Source of the DNA: Oxobacter pfennigii
Lineage (GTDB): Bacteria > Bacillota > Clostridia > Clostridiales > Oxobacteraceae
Assembly (NCBI RefSeq): GCF_001317355.1
Contig: NZ_LKET01000039.1
Coordinates: 350,574 to 414,573 of the forward strand
DNA: 64,000 bases
Reading direction: 5' to 3'
Positions 20,400 to 31,306 of this stretch are shown here, one piece after another (position 1 is the first letter of the stretch; each line of letters starts with the position of its first letter). The position numbers and the translations under genes were made by a program. A model generated the notes under the pieces. It made no database searches and was not told where the DNA came from. It worked only from the letters and a program-made list of their open reading frames with translations.

Positions 20400-21578
20400 A
20401 TGAAGTATGATTTTGATAAGGTAATCCAAAGGCAGGGCACCAGCTCACTAAAATGGGATTATGCCGGAGAGCGTTTTGGGAATAAGGACTTGCTTCCATT
20501 GTGGGTGGCAGATATGGATTTTGAATCCCCTGAGCCCGTTGTGGATGCAGTTAAAAAAAGAGCAAGTCATGGTATATACGGATACACCGGGAGATCAATG
20601 TCCTGCCATGAATCCATTATAAACTGGATGAAAAAGCGCCATGGATGGGGCATAAAAATGGATTGGCTTACATATACTCCGGGAGTTGTTCCGGCCCTCA
20701 GCATAGCAATATTGGCATTTACAAATCCGGGAGATAAAATAATCGTTCAGACTCCCGTATATTACCCTTTTTTCTCGGTAATAAAAAACAACGGTCGTCA
20801 GATTTTAGATAATGAGCTAAAATTGGTGGATGGAAAATACACTATGGATTTTGATGACCTGGAGGAAAAAATCGATTCCAGTGTAAAAATGCTCATACTT
20901 TGCAGCCCTCACAATCCCGTAGGAAGAGTGTGGAGTAAGGAAGAGCTTAAAAGATTAGCAAAAATATGTGTTGAGAAGGATATAATCATAATTTCCGATG
21001 AAATCCATTCAGATATAATATTCAAAGGCAGCAGGCATATACCGATAGCAGCGCTGTCAGAGGAAATTGCAGACAGGACCATAACCTGCATAGCTCCCAG
21101 CAAGACCTTTAATATAGCAGGATTATCCGCATCCGTTGCCATCATCTCAAATAAAGGGCTTAAAAAGAACTTTGATAATATCGTAGAAGGTTTAGGAATT
21201 GCATCCGGCAACGTTTTCGGAATTACTGCAATGGAAGCTGCCTATACCCATGGTGAGGAGTGGCTTTCGGAGCTGCTTAATTACCTGGAAGATAATATGA
21301 ATTATGTAAAAGAATATATTGATGAAAATATACCTGAAATCAAAGTTGATAAGGTCGAAGGCACTTACCTTTTATGGCTTAATTGCAAAGGCCTCAACTT
21401 AAGCCAGGATGAGCTTAAAAAATTCATGTACGGCACTGCAGGTGTAGCCCTAAACGACGGAACAACCTTCGGTAAAAGCGGTGAAGGCTATATGAGAATG
21501 AACATAGGCTGTCCCCGTGTTTATTTGGTAGAAGGTTTAAAGAGAATAGAAACGGCTGTAAGGGGTGTCAGAAAGTAA
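20400..21578 (+). CDS. MalY/PatB-type PLP-dependent C-S lyase (aminotransferase class I/II)
   Basis: N-terminal FDKVIQRQGTSSLKWD and PLP-lysine region SKTFNIAGL. 392 aa. Confidence 0.8.
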   Translation: MKYDFDKVIQRQGTSSLKWDYAGERFGNKDLLPLWVADMDFESPEPVVDAVKKRASHGIYGYTGRSMSCHESIINWMKKRHGWGIKMDWLTYTPGVVPALSIAILAFTNPGDKIIVQTPVYYPFFSVIKNNGRQILDNELKLVDGKYTMDFDDLEEKIDSSVKMLILCSPHNPVGRVWSKEELKRLAKICVEKDIIIISDEIHSDIIFKGSRHIPIAALSEEIADRTITCIAPSKTFNIAGLSASVAIISNKGLKKNFDNIVEGLGIASGNVFGITAMEAAYTHGEEWLSELLNYLEDNMNYVKEYIDENIPEIKVDKVEGTYLLWLNCKGLNLSQDELKKFMYGTAGVALNDGTTFGKSGEGYMRMNIGCPRVYLVEGLKRIETAVRGVRK

Positions 21579-21597
21579 AAATTATGGGAGTATATAG

Positions 21598-21858
21598 ATG
21601 AAGGATGAAAAGGTTATCTTACAGTTTAAAAAGGCAAGAATGTATAAAAATATAGGGTTTATTATAATGTTATTATCAATTATTCCAAGTGTAATATGGA
21701 GAACCATATTTGGATTTGTATTGACAGCAATTATAATTGGCATAGGAATTTATTTTGAACGCCTGTATAAATGCCCGGTATGTGGTTTTATATTTGACAC
21801 CAGAGTAAAATCTGATGAAATAAGGTATTGTTCCAGCTGCAGCGCAAAACTTCAATAA
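21598..21858 (+). CDS. small membrane protein with C-terminal zinc ribbon (CPVCG...CSSC)
   Basis: 86-aa ORF, 2 TM helices and a CxxC...CxxC motif. Confidence 0.4.
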   Translation: MKDEKVILQFKKARMYKNIGFIIMLLSIIPSVIWRTIFGFVLTAIIIGIGIYFERLYKCPVCGFIFDTRVKSDEIRYCSSCSAKLQ

Positions 21859-22054
21859 GTATAATACTTAATAGTTTTTATTAGAATAACTATAGAAAGT
21901 CTGCACATTATCGTGCAGGCTTTTATAAAAAATGTAAAATTATATTCATATTCTTAACAGATTAATAACTTAATGTATTTGTAACATGCAACAACTGCAA
22001 TCTAGAAGAATAGTATAATACATGAGTCTTTGATTGTATTATTGTGAGGGTTGT

Positions 22055-22630
22055 ATGGATAAGAAATCTGGATATAAAAATTTAGCGGAGAAATTTAACA
22101 TAGATTTAAGGGAATGTAAGTTCTTAGGTGAAGGCCATAACGGAATCGTGTATTTGCTTCCAGACGGCAAGATAATTAAAATTTTTAAGAAGATAAAAAA
22201 TTGCGAAAGCGAATATTCCATATTGGAGGCCGTCAGAGGCAGTAAATATTTTCCTAAAGTCTATGGTTCCATGGGAAATTACATCATAAGAGATTATGTA
22301 GGCGGAGAATGCTTGAAGGACTACATAAAAAGGAACGGCCTTGATAAAAAGGTAGCTAAGAACCTGATAAATCTAATTGAAGAGTTTAAGAAATTGAATT
22401 TTAAAAAGCTTGATATAAGATGCAAGGATATTTACGTACAAAAAGATAAGTCCCTGATGGTTATAGACCCTAAATACTCATTCACCAGAGAAAAGAGCTT
22501 TCCCAAGCACTTATCAAAAGGCTTGAGCAAACTGGGCGTGCTGGGTGATTTTTTGGAGGTTGTCAGAATTGAGAAACCTCAAGTTTATGAGGAATGGACA
22601 GGGAAACTCATAGAATCAGGAATTTTATAG
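22055..22630 (+). CDS. small protein-kinase-like fold protein
   Basis: Gly-rich loop LGEGHNGIVY and a following Lys (KIFKK). About 190 aa. ATG 22055 is preferred over TTG 22034. Confidence 0.5.
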   Translation: MDKKSGYKNLAEKFNIDLRECKFLGEGHNGIVYLLPDGKIIKIFKKIKNCESEYSILEAVRGSKYFPKVYGSMGNYIIRDYVGGECLKDYIKRNGLDKKVAKNLINLIEEFKKLNFKKLDIRCKDIYVQKDKSLMVIDPKYSFTREKSFPKHLSKGLSKLGVLGDFLEVVRIEKPQVYEEWTGKLIESGIL

Positions 22631-22734
22631 CTGAAATTATAAAAATACAATCTATACTTGTAAGAGACACCATTTAATAATATAATTATATATAGAATGG
22701 AATTGAGTTCTCATAAAAATAAATAAAATTGTCA

Positions 22735-22972
22735 GGTACATGCATGTATAATAGGGAAAGCGGTGAAAATCCGCTGCAGCCCCCGCTACTGTATACGGCG
22801 ACGAAACCTAATTCCACTGGCGTTATCGCTGGGAAGGAAGGTGGAGAAAGACCCGTTAGCCAGGAGACCTGCCTGAGATTAAAAGTCCTTCGGAGGGAAG
22901 GTAACACCTATGCTATTTTTTGGCACATGGATTTTATTACTAAGCCCTCGCTTGAAGTGAGGGCTTTTAATT
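22735..22972 (+). promoter_or_regulatory. cobalamin (AdoCbl) riboswitch with intrinsic terminator
   Basis: GGTGAAAATCCGCTGCAGCCCCCGCTACTGTA ... GTTAGCCAGGAGACCTGCC conserved blocks. Terminator AAGCCCTCGCTTGAAGTGAGGGCTTTT at 22942-22968. Confidence 0.8.
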
Positions 22973-23157
22973 GCATAAAATTATACATATATCCCTGACA
23001 TTAAAGTGCCAGGGATTGTTTTTTGCATAAGTTTTGGAAACTTCTCTGACTGCTTGAATGAAGACAGGGACACTTTTAAAGGATGTCCCAACTAAGAATA
23101 TCCTAAAAGAAGAAGAGTGCATATAAAATCATAAAAAAGTAAAAAAGGAGAGGTAAT

Positions 23158-23526
23158 ATGAAAGGAATAGTGGTAATAGGACATGGAAGCAGATCAAAAG
23201 AGGCCTGCGATATTTTTTTTAAGACTGTGGGCGCAATAAGAGCAAAAATGGGTACGGAGGTTGAAGGATGTTTTATGGAAATATCCGAGCCTGATATACC
23301 TACTATAATAAGAGGCTTTTATGAAAAAGGAATTAAGGACATAACTGTATTGCCTTATTTTCTTTACAACGGAATACATATCAAAGAAGATGTGCCTCAA
23401 ATTTTGAATGAATTAAAAAAAGAGCTTGATGGCTTAACAATATCCATGGCGGAGCCTATCGGTTTCCACGATCTTCTTGTGGATATACTCATAGACCGGG
23501 CAGAAGGAATAACAAGCTTAGTATAG
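23158..23526 (+). CDS. cbiX: sirohydrochlorin cobaltochelatase, short form
   Basis: CbiX-small fold (IVVIGHGSRSKEA...VLPYFLYNGIHIKEDVP). 122 aa. Confidence 0.75.
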   Translation: MKGIVVIGHGSRSKEACDIFFKTVGAIRAKMGTEVEGCFMEISEPDIPTIIRGFYEKGIKDITVLPYFLYNGIHIKEDVPQILNELKKELDGLTISMAEPIGFHDLLVDILIDRAEGITSLV

Positions 23527-23552
23527 TAATGGTTTATAAATTCTCGCATTTT

Positions 23553-23613
23553 GCCAGCTTGATATGATGAAATGAACATTGCGGAGCTGTGAATGAAATC
23601 ATATCAAGCTGGC
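23553..23613 (+). repeat. Family A minimal copy: 16-bp stem GCCAGCTTGATATGAT/ATCATATCAAGCTGGC enclosing the AACATTGCGGAGCTGTG core
   Basis: Perfect 16-bp inverted repeat around the family core. It lies between cbiX and hemA. Confidence 0.5.
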
Positions 23614-23641
23614 ATGGCGGTGAACGTTGGAGATGATTGAT

Positions 23642-24835
23642 ATGATTCAGCTTATTGGAGTTAATGATGAGGATGTGTGTATACGCGAAAAACTTTCGAT
23701 AATACCGAAGCATCTGGAGGATGCATTGAAAAAAGCTGCCGAGCTGTGCGGGGAGGCGGCCATAATAAGTACCTGCAACAGGACCGAAGTGTATTTTAAT
23801 TCTACGAGAACTGGGGACGGCATCATAGAATGCATTTTTAACTGTTTAGGCTGGGATAAGGAATTGATAAAGTACACTATCTACAAATGCGGAGATGAGG
23901 CAGTGCGTCATTTGATAGAAGTAACCTGCGGAGTGCATTCAAGGATATTGGGAGAAGAGCAGATATTAGGCCAGGTAAAGGACGCCTATGATTTGGCACT
24001 TAAAAATAAAACCATAAAAGGGGAACTTGACAGGCTTTTTCATACTGCAATAACCTGCGGCAAGGAATTTCGCCATAAATCAGAGCTTGATAAAATTCCG
24101 GTATCATCAGCTTCCATGGTAATACGCGAGGCAAGGAAAAGAAGCTTAAAAAGATTCATGGTCTTAGGCTATGGCGAAGTAGGAAGTTTGGCCTGTAAAT
24201 ATATTTTAGAAGAACCCTTTGATGTTTTATACATAGCCGTCAGAGATACAAGTGTTGTGGATATTAAGGATAGAAGAGTAAAAGTCATCCCTTTTAGAGA
24301 AAGAAAAGAATATTATCCAGATGTGGAATGCATAATATCCTGTACTTCGGCTCCTCATACAGTAATAAATTCAAATGAGCTTCCAAACAGAAAGCTCATG
24401 ATATTTGATATGGCGGTTCCTAGGGATGTGGATTGGGATGTCAACGGTATTAACGGTAACGAAGTTTACGATATAGATATGATAAGCGCATTGTTTGATG
24501 AGAGTCTTGAAAAGAGAAGGAAAATCCTTGAAAATTTCAGACATCTTATTGAGAAGCACATACAGGAATTTGAAAAATGGCAGAATTTAAAAAAGCTTTC
24601 ACCCTATATAAAAAGGATGAAGGAAAACGGAGAACAGATTTATAAACAAAGAAGCACTGCCTTTAGGAATAAAAGGCATACAAAAGATAATGAGAACCTT
24701 GCAGACATTCTTATAAAAAGTACGGCAGATGTATATGTAAACAGGGCTATAGAAGTGCTGAAGGAAGAATATTTAGAAGGCAGGGGAGAAGAATGCCTCA
24801 AGATAATAGAAAAGATATTTCTGATAAAATGCTAG
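23642..24835 (+). CDS. hemA: glutamyl-tRNA reductase
   Basis: HemA N-terminus (IQLIGVN...STCNRTEVY). About 400 aa. Confidence 0.85.
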   Translation: MIQLIGVNDEDVCIREKLSIIPKHLEDALKKAAELCGEAAIISTCNRTEVYFNSTRTGDGIIECIFNCLGWDKELIKYTIYKCGDEAVRHLIEVTCGVHSRILGEEQILGQVKDAYDLALKNKTIKGELDRLFHTAITCGKEFRHKSELDKIPVSSASMVIREARKRSLKRFMVLGYGEVGSLACKYILEEPFDVLYIAVRDTSVVDIKDRRVKVIPFRERKEYYPDVECIISCTSAPHTVINSNELPNRKLMIFDMAVPRDVDWDVNGINGNEVYDIDMISALFDESLEKRRKILENFRHLIEKHIQEFEKWQNLKKLSPYIKRMKENGEQIYKQRSTAFRNKRHTKDNENLADILIKSTADVYVNRAIEVLKEEYLEGRGEECLKIIEKIFLIKC

Positions 24836-24840
24836 AATTC

Positions 24841-25452
24841 ATGATGGTTTCTCTCATATCTCACAAGGTGAATATTCTTATCGTAGGCGCAGGGCGGGCA
24901 GGGCTTATTAAGGCAAAGGCATTTTTAAACAACGGATGCAGAGTTTTCGTATTGTCAAAAGAATTCAGCCCTGAATTTTTTCAAGTTGAAAATGATGACA
25001 GGCTCATCTTGATTAAAGATGAATATAAAAAGGAAATTATTTTGGATAAGCATATAGTCGCAATTGCAACGGATGATTATGAATTGAATGAAAAAGTAAA
25101 AGCGGATTGCGAGAGCCTTTGTAAGATATATCTGAACTGCCGTGATTTCAGAGAAGGGATGCTTACAATTCCGACTCAAAGGAAAACGGAAAACCTTCAC
25201 TTTGCTCTCCATACAAGGAAGGGAAGCCCAAAGACCTCGGTTTTTTTGGCTGAAAAAATGAAATGTAAGATGGAGGAATATGAAGCTTTTGTTTTATTTG
25301 CTTCCTCATTGCGTCAAAAGCTAAAAGGAAGAGAGCATTTTGAAGAAATCATGAATTTTGTAAACACGGATTTTTTTTATCAAGCTTATAAAAAGGGCAA
25401 TGGGATTATTTTATTAAAAATGTATTATGGTGGTGGCGAATTTGAATTTTAA
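24841..25452 (+). CDS. sirC: precorrin-2 dehydrogenase / sirohydrochlorin ferrochelatase (SirC/CysG N-domain-like)
   Basis: Rossmann [12 protein letters not shown]. The start is uncertain (24829-24844). Confidence 0.65.
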   Translation: MMVSLISHKVNILIVGAGRAGLIKAKAFLNNGCRVFVLSKEFSPEFFQVENDDRLILIKDEYKKEIILDKHIVAIATDDYELNEKVKADCESLCKIYLNCRDFREGMLTIPTQRKTENLHFALHTRKGSPKTSVFLAEKMKCKMEEYEAFVLFASSLRQKLKGREHFEEIMNFVNTDFFYQAYKKGNGIILLKMYYGGGEFEF

Positions 25453-26314
25453 AATTGCAACAAGGCGCAGTAAACTGGCACAGGTACAAGCCGATATGGT
25501 AGGTAGCATGTTAAAGAGCAAATATAATGCGGAATATGAAAAGATACTTATTGAGACAACAGGAGATAAGATTTTGGATAAGCCCTTGGAGGATATAGGC
25601 GGAAAGGGCCTTTTTATAAAGGATATTGAAATATCCATGATGGAAGGCAACGGAGATCTGGCTGTCCATAGCATGAAGGATGTGCCCTATGATTTGCCGG
25701 AAGGCTTTGAAATTGTTGCGGTGCCTCAAAGGGAGGATGCACGGGATGTCTTCGTATCTTTATCAGGAGTGGACTTTAATTTACTGCCAAAGGGTGCTAA
25801 GGTGGGCACCAGCAGTAACAGGCGAACAAGCCAGATAAAGCAATTAAGGCCGGATATAGAGATTGTTCCAATAAGGGGCAATGTACAAACCCGCATTGAA
25901 AAAATAAAAAGGGATAACCTTGATGGGATGATTCTGGCAGCCGCAGGCTTAAAGAGACTTGACTTAGAATCCATAATAATGAATTATTTTGATCCTAATG
26001 ATTTTGTACCGGCAGTTGGACAGGGTGCCTTAGGTATAGAAGCAAAGTGCGACAGCCCCTATATGGAATACTTCAAAGGCCTTAATCATTACGAGAGCCG
26101 CATATGCGTTGAAGCTGAGAGGAGTTTCATGAGAAAGCTGAATGGAGATTGCCACACCATAGTTGGTGCTTATGCAACCTTGGAGGGAAGTTACATGCAC
26201 ATAGTTGGTATATTCAATGTGGAGGGTAAGCTTGTGAAAAAAGATATAGAAGGCAAGAGTGAAAATTACATGGAGCTTGGATTAAAGCTTGCAGAAAAAA
26301 TAATGGAAGTTTAG
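25427..26314 (+). CDS. hemC: hydroxymethylbilane synthase (porphobilinogen deaminase)
   Basis: [13 protein letters not shown]-terminus and cofactor region [11 protein letters not shown]. Confidence 0.85.
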   Translation: MVVANLNFKIATRRSKLAQVQADMVGSMLKSKYNAEYEKILIETTGDKILDKPLEDIGGKGLFIKDIEISMMEGNGDLAVHSMKDVPYDLPEGFEIVAVPQREDARDVFVSLSGVDFNLLPKGAKVGTSSNRRTSQIKQLRPDIEIVPIRGNVQTRIEKIKRDNLDGMILAAAGLKRLDLESIIMNYFDPNDFVPAVGQGALGIEAKCDSPYMEYFKGLNHYESRICVEAERSFMRKLNGDCHTIVGAYATLEGSYMHIVGIFNVEGKLVKKDIEGKSENYMELGLKLAEKIMEV

Positions 26315-26324
26315 GGGTGGTTAT

Positions 26325-27809
26325 ATGGGAAAAGTTTATCTTCTAGGTGCAGGTCCAGGAGATGAGGGGCTTATAAGCGTAAAAGCCGTCAAGGCTTTAG
26401 AAAAATGTACGGCCGTAATGTACGACAGGCTGGCCGGAAATTTCACCCTCTCATATTTAAATAAGGATTGTAAGGTATTTTATTGCGGCAAGGAGCCAGG
26501 CAGCCATTACAAAACCCAGGATGAAATAAACGATATGCTGGTAGCCCTTGCAAAGGAAGGACATATTGTTGGAAGGATAAAGGGCGGAGACCCTTATGTT
26601 TTTGGCCGGGGAAGCGAAGAAGCTCTGAGGCTTTATAACGAAGGTATTGATTTTGAAGTAATTCCCGGAATAACCTCGGCAATATCCGTTTTAAACTATG
26701 CCGGAATACCAGCTACCCACAGAAAAATAGCACAAAGCTTTCATGTATTTACAGGAAAGAGCGCTAAAGTATTAAATATAAACTGGAATGCGGCGGCAAA
26801 TTTAAAGGGTACACTTATATTTTTAATGGGATTAGAGAGTATTGATGAAATTATAAGTAATTTGATAAGCAACGGGATGAGCAAGGATACACCCTGTGCC
26901 GTAATAAGAGAAGGCACAACCTCCAAGCAGAAAAAAGTGACGGGGACGGTTTCAGATATAAGTGAAAAGGTGAAAAAAGCAGGCTTTAAATCTCCCTGTA
27001 TAATTGTAATGGGGGAAGTAGTGGGCTTTAATGAAAAGCTCAATTGGTTCGAAAAAAAGCCATTGTCCGGCTTAAATATTTGCGTAACACGTTCAAAGGA
27101 ACAGGCAGTTAAAACTAGAGAACGATTATATGATCTGGGAGCTGAAGTTACAGAGATTAATTCTATTGAAGTTGTGGATACATCCTGGAATTTACAGAGC
27201 TATATTGATAAACTGGAAGAGTATGATTACATAGTATTCACAAGCGTAAACGGTGTAAGCACATTCTTTGAAAGACTAAAAAAATTGGAAGTTGATATAA
27301 GAAAAATAAAGGCCTCCTTTGCAGCCATTGGTCCTGCGACAGCAGAGGCTATAGTGGACAGAGGGATAATCCCTTTGATTGTGGCTGAGGAATTTGTGGC
27401 CGAAGCCTTGTTTGAAAAAATGAAGGAATATATTAAAAGAGGAGATAGGATACTTCTGCCTCGTTCCAAGGCGTCCAGGTCATATTTGCATGATGCATTA
27501 AAGGAATACGGATGTATTGTGGATGAAGCTCATATATATGATATTATTGAAGGTAATAAGCCTGTTGAAGAGACTTTTGAGCGGGTAGATATAGTATTAT
27601 TCACCAGTCCCTCAACGGTAAAAAACATGATATCCATGGTAGGATTGGATGATATAAAGAAAAAGACCTGCATAGCAATAGGCCCCATAACATCAGCGGA
27701 GCTTGAGAAAAATGGCATCAATCATCATGTTTGCAAGGAGTATACCATCGATGGGGTTATAGATAAAATACTTGAGCTAAAGGAGGTAGTTAAATGTTTG
27801 CAAGGATAA
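26325..27809 (+). CDS. cobA/hemD: bifunctional uroporphyrinogen-III C-methyltransferase / uroporphyrinogen-III synthase
   Basis: N-terminal SUMT ([28 protein letters not shown]) and C-terminal HemD-like half. 494 aa. Confidence 0.85.
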   Translation: MGKVYLLGAGPGDEGLISVKAVKALEKCTAVMYDRLAGNFTLSYLNKDCKVFYCGKEPGSHYKTQDEINDMLVALAKEGHIVGRIKGGDPYVFGRGSEEALRLYNEGIDFEVIPGITSAISVLNYAGIPATHRKIAQSFHVFTGKSAKVLNINWNAAANLKGTLIFLMGLESIDEIISNLISNGMSKDTPCAVIREGTTSKQKKVTGTVSDISEKVKKAGFKSPCIIVMGEVVGFNEKLNWFEKKPLSGLNICVTRSKEQAVKTRERLYDLGAEVTEINSIEVVDTSWNLQSYIDKLEEYDYIVFTSVNGVSTFFERLKKLEVDIRKIKASFAAIGPATAEAIVDRGIIPLIVAEEFVAEALFEKMKEYIKRGDRILLPRSKASRSYLHDALKEYGCIVDEAHIYDIIEGNKPVEETFERVDIVLFTSPSTVKNMISMVGLDDIKKKTCIAIGPITSAELEKNGINHHVCKEYTIDGVIDKILELKEVVKCLQG

Positions 27810-28771
27810 GAAGGTTGAGGGGGAATAGAGCAATAAGGGAAATGGTGAGGGAAACCATACTTCACCCTTGGGACTTCATATTTCCTGTATTTGTAATGGA
27901 AGGGACAAACATTAAGGAAGAAATTGAAGCCATGCCGGGAAATTATCATTACACATTGGACAGGCTCCATGAAGTCATGGAAGAGGTGGTAAATTCAGGA
28001 GTGAAAGGTGTGCTTCTCTTTGGACTGCCCGGTCAAAAGGATGAAATTGCATCGTCAGCCTTTGATGGTAACGGAATTGTGCAAAGAGCCATAAAAAAGA
28101 TAAAGGAAATAGCTCCGGAATTATATGTCATTACGGATGTTTGCATGTGCCAGTACACCAGTCACGGCCACTGCGGAATACTTAAGGGTGATGAAGTTGA
28201 TAATGATTTGACGCTGCCTTATATTGCAAGGATTGCATTATCCCACGCACAGGCAGGTGCGGACATGGTGGCTCCGTCGGATATGATGGACGGAAGAATA
28301 AGTGCCATAAGAGAGGCCTTGGATGAAAACGGATTTTCAAACATACCGATAATGTCATACAGCATGAAGTATTCATCGGCATTTTACGGGCCCTTCAGGG
28401 AAGCAGCACATTCGGCGCCCAGCTTTGGAGACAGAAAGACTTATCAGATGGATCCTGCTAATGCAAGGCAGGCTATGATGGAAGCCGAGGCTGATATAGA
28501 TGAAGGGGCGGATATACTGATGGTAAAGCCGGCCTTATCTTACCTTGATATAATAAGGATGTCTAAGGACAGGTTCGATGTGCCCATAGCAGCCTACAAT
28601 GTAAGCGGCGAGTTTTCCATGATAAAGGCAGCGGCAAAAATGGGATGGATTAACGAAAGAGAAGTAGTTTTAGAAATGCTGACGTCCATAAAAAGGGCGG
28701 GAGCGGATATTATAATCACCTATTCTGCACTGGATGCCTGTAAATGGCTAAAGGAGGAAAACCATGAATAA
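27794..28771 (+). CDS. hemB: porphobilinogen synthase (delta-aminolevulinate dehydratase)
   Basis: Metal-binding [12 protein letters not shown] and active-site region VKPALSYLD. Confidence 0.9.
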   Translation: MFARIRRLRGNRAIREMVRETILHPWDFIFPVFVMEGTNIKEEIEAMPGNYHYTLDRLHEVMEEVVNSGVKGVLLFGLPGQKDEIASSAFDGNGIVQRAIKKIKEIAPELYVITDVCMCQYTSHGHCGILKGDEVDNDLTLPYIARIALSHAQAGADMVAPSDMMDGRISAIREALDENGFSNIPIMSYSMKYSSAFYGPFREAAHSAPSFGDRKTYQMDPANARQAMMEAEADIDEGADILMVKPALSYLDIIRMSKDRFDVPIAAYNVSGEFSMIKAAAKMGWINEREVVLEMLTSIKRAGADIIITYSALDACKWLKEENHE

Positions 28772-30050
28772 TCTTGAGATTATAAAGGAGTCCCAAAAAT
28801 ATATGCCGGGAGGAGTTAACAGTCCGGTAAGGGCTTTTAAGGATGTAACTATAAACCCGGCGGTTATTAAAAGGGGACAGGGCGCCTATGTGTTCGATGA
28901 AGAGGGCAATCAATATACCGATTATGTATGTGCCTGGGGACCTATGATTTTGGGCCATTGCGACGAGGATATTGTGGCAGCTATAAAGGATACGAGTGAA
29001 AATGCCATCGCCTTTGGAGCGCCTACATATTTGGAATTAAAGCTAGCCGAGCATATGTGCAGCACCTTGGATGGCGTGGATATGCTAAGGATGGTCAACT
29101 CGGGCACAGAAGCCACCATGAGTGCTATTAAACTGGCAAGAGGCTATACGGGAAGAGACAGGATTATAAAATTTGCAGGGTGCTATCATGGTCATTTTGA
29201 CGGATTTTTGGTCAGTGCAGGCTCAGGGGTTATGACTGAAGGCATTCCGGGAAGCGCAGGAGTTCCTGAGCTAAGTATAAAGAACACTTTGATAGCTTCA
29301 TATAATGATATAGAAAGCGTCAAATTGCTGTTCGAAAATTACAGTGATGAAATTGCGGCTATTATTATTGAGCCGGTAGCCGGGAATATGGGTGTAGTGG
29401 CGGCAGATAAGGAATTTTTATCAGGTGTAAGGGATCTTTGCGATAAATACGGGAGCCTTTTGATATTTGACGAGGTAATGTCGGGATTCAGGGTGGCATA
29501 TAAAGGAGCTATGAGTTTATACGGCATTAAGCCTGATTTAGTCACCTTTGCTAAAATAATGGGCGGCGGTCTTCCCTGCGGTGCATATGGCGGCAGAAGA
29601 GACATAATGGAGAAACTATCCCCTCTTGGGCCGGTGTATCAGGCAGGCACCATGTCAGGAAACCCAATCGTCATGGCGGCAGGATATGCAACTTTGACCA
29701 AGCTATATAACAACCTTGATTATTATAGTCACCTGGAAAGTTTGGGTGCAAGGCTGGAGACGGGCATAAGAGAAGCGGCAGCAGAAATGGGACTTCCTGT
29801 GGTAATCAACCGTGTTGGGGCAATGATGACAATATTTTTTACCGAGCTTAATGAAGTTAAAAATTATGAGGATGCCAAGACCTGTGATACAAAACTTTAT
29901 GCCAAATACTTTGAGCACATGTTCAAAAACGGCATCAACATACCACCCTCCCAATTCGAAGCCTTGTTTATATCAGTAAAACACACTGGAGAGGACATCG
30001 ACTACTTCATCAAAACCTTCAAAAAGCTGGGGGACAGTTCATTCCGTTGA
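28764..30050 (+). CDS. hemL: glutamate-1-semialdehyde 2,1-aminomutase
   Basis: Class-III aminotransferase with the HemL N-terminus. 428 aa. Confidence 0.9.
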   Translation: MNNLEIIKESQKYMPGGVNSPVRAFKDVTINPAVIKRGQGAYVFDEEGNQYTDYVCAWGPMILGHCDEDIVAAIKDTSENAIAFGAPTYLELKLAEHMCSTLDGVDMLRMVNSGTEATMSAIKLARGYTGRDRIIKFAGCYHGHFDGFLVSAGSGVMTEGIPGSAGVPELSIKNTLIASYNDIESVKLLFENYSDEIAAIIIEPVAGNMGVVAADKEFLSGVRDLCDKYGSLLIFDEVMSGFRVAYKGAMSLYGIKPDLVTFAKIMGGGLPCGAYGGRRDIMEKLSPLGPVYQAGTMSGNPIVMAAGYATLTKLYNNLDYYSHLESLGARLETGIREAAAEMGLPVVINRVGAMMTIFFTELNEVKNYEDAKTCDTKLYAKYFEHMFKNGINIPPSQFEALFISVKHTGEDIDYFIKTFKKLGDSSFR

Positions 30051-30162
30051 TTCTTTTTCACAAGTTCATAAGGGGACGGTTCAACCTGTTATATCATATA
30101 GTATAATAATGCCACTTTTGGTTAAACTAACAATACAATAGTAACTAAAGGTGGTGTTTTCT

Positions 30163-31077
30163 ATGCCAAGATGTGCCAGAGAAAAAAGTTTGGACAGCGT
30201 ATATCACGTAATGGTCCGCAGTATTGCCGAAATTAATTTGTTTACAGACCACGCTGACAAAGACGTATATATGAGGCTTTTAAAAAGATATAAGGATATT
30301 TATCTGTTTAAGGTTTATGGCTTTTGTCTCATGGAAACTCACGGACATATAATAATCGACGTACAGGGTGCTGACATATCAAGGATAATGCACGGAGTGA
30401 ATCAAAGCTATGCCTGGTATTACAACCATAGGCACAAACGTCATGGTCACTTGTTTCAGGACAGGTTCAAAAGCAAAATCGTATCAGATGACAGGTACCT
30501 TATAACTTTATCAGCATACATACATAATAATACTCAAGATATTGAAGGTTACGAAAACCAGGTAGAAAAATATGAATACTCAAGCTTAGGAATATATTTA
30601 GGCAGCATGGAAAATAAATATGGCCTGGTGGACAAAGAGTTTATATTAAGCCAGATAAGCTATAATACTGCTATTGCAAAGAAGCAGTACCTTGAATTGG
30701 TATATAGAGATAACCCGGATATAATTCCCGATGATGCAGAGTTTAAAAATGAAAAGGCACAATACAGATCCGAGAGAAAAGTAATCGTAAGAAGCTTCAG
30801 ACCGGATGAAGTGGTGAGCTTTGTTGAAAACTATATAAAGCAGTATAATACAAACATCAGTATAAAGTATACCAAGAAAAATATTGAGGCTAAGGCATTA
30901 TCAGTATTGCTTTTACGAGGGATATGTGATATGAAGCAGAAGGATATATGTGCCTTTATGGGAAACATAACCCAGTCTCACTCGGCAAAGCTGTGTGCCA
31001 GGGGTATAGATTTGTTGCAGCGGAAAAAGGAGTATATGAATATAGCCAAGGATTTCATACGAAGAAAAGCCGGATAA
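30163..31077 (+). CDS. RAYT/IS200-like HUH Y1 transposase-domain protein with a DnaA-C-like HTH C-terminus (probably domesticated)
   Basis: N-terminus MPRCAREKSLDSVYHVMVR, HuH motif METHGHIIID and catalytic Tyr block SAYIHNN. The C-terminal 70 aa resemble DnaA domain IV. AAAGGTGGTG RBS. Confidence 0.7.
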   Translation: MPRCAREKSLDSVYHVMVRSIAEINLFTDHADKDVYMRLLKRYKDIYLFKVYGFCLMETHGHIIIDVQGADISRIMHGVNQSYAWYYNHRHKRHGHLFQDRFKSKIVSDDRYLITLSAYIHNNTQDIEGYENQVEKYEYSSLGIYLGSMENKYGLVDKEFILSQISYNTAIAKKQYLELVYRDNPDIIPDDAEFKNEKAQYRSERKVIVRSFRPDEVVSFVENYIKQYNTNISIKYTKKNIEAKALSVLLLRGICDMKQKDICAFMGNITQSHSAKLCARGIDLLQRKKEYMNIAKDFIRRKAG

Positions 31078-31240
31078 CCTTGAAAGTATAGTATTTTAAG
31101 TATAATTTGGAGAAAAAGTTATTATATCTTTATAATTTTTTTAAAATGGTACAAGCCTTTAAAATTGCTTGTTTTGCAGTAGATTTTATATTTTTAAGTA
31201 CAGAAGCATCAAAAATATCCAGAAAAACCAGAAAAACCAT

Positions 31241-31297
31241 AGGGACGGTTCATGCCAAACTGTTGTTCTAAAACTCAAATTATGATGAACCGTCCCT
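31241..31297. repeat. 13-bp-stem hairpin AGGGACGGTTCAT...ATGAACCGTCCCT between convergent RAYT-like and floT genes (REP-like / bidirectional terminator)
   Basis: Perfect 13-bp inverted repeat. It shares the GGGACGGTTCA motif with 30073-30083 and with the 33571-33745 array. Confidence 0.6.
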
Positions 31298-31306
31298 AAG
31301 CCTTTA

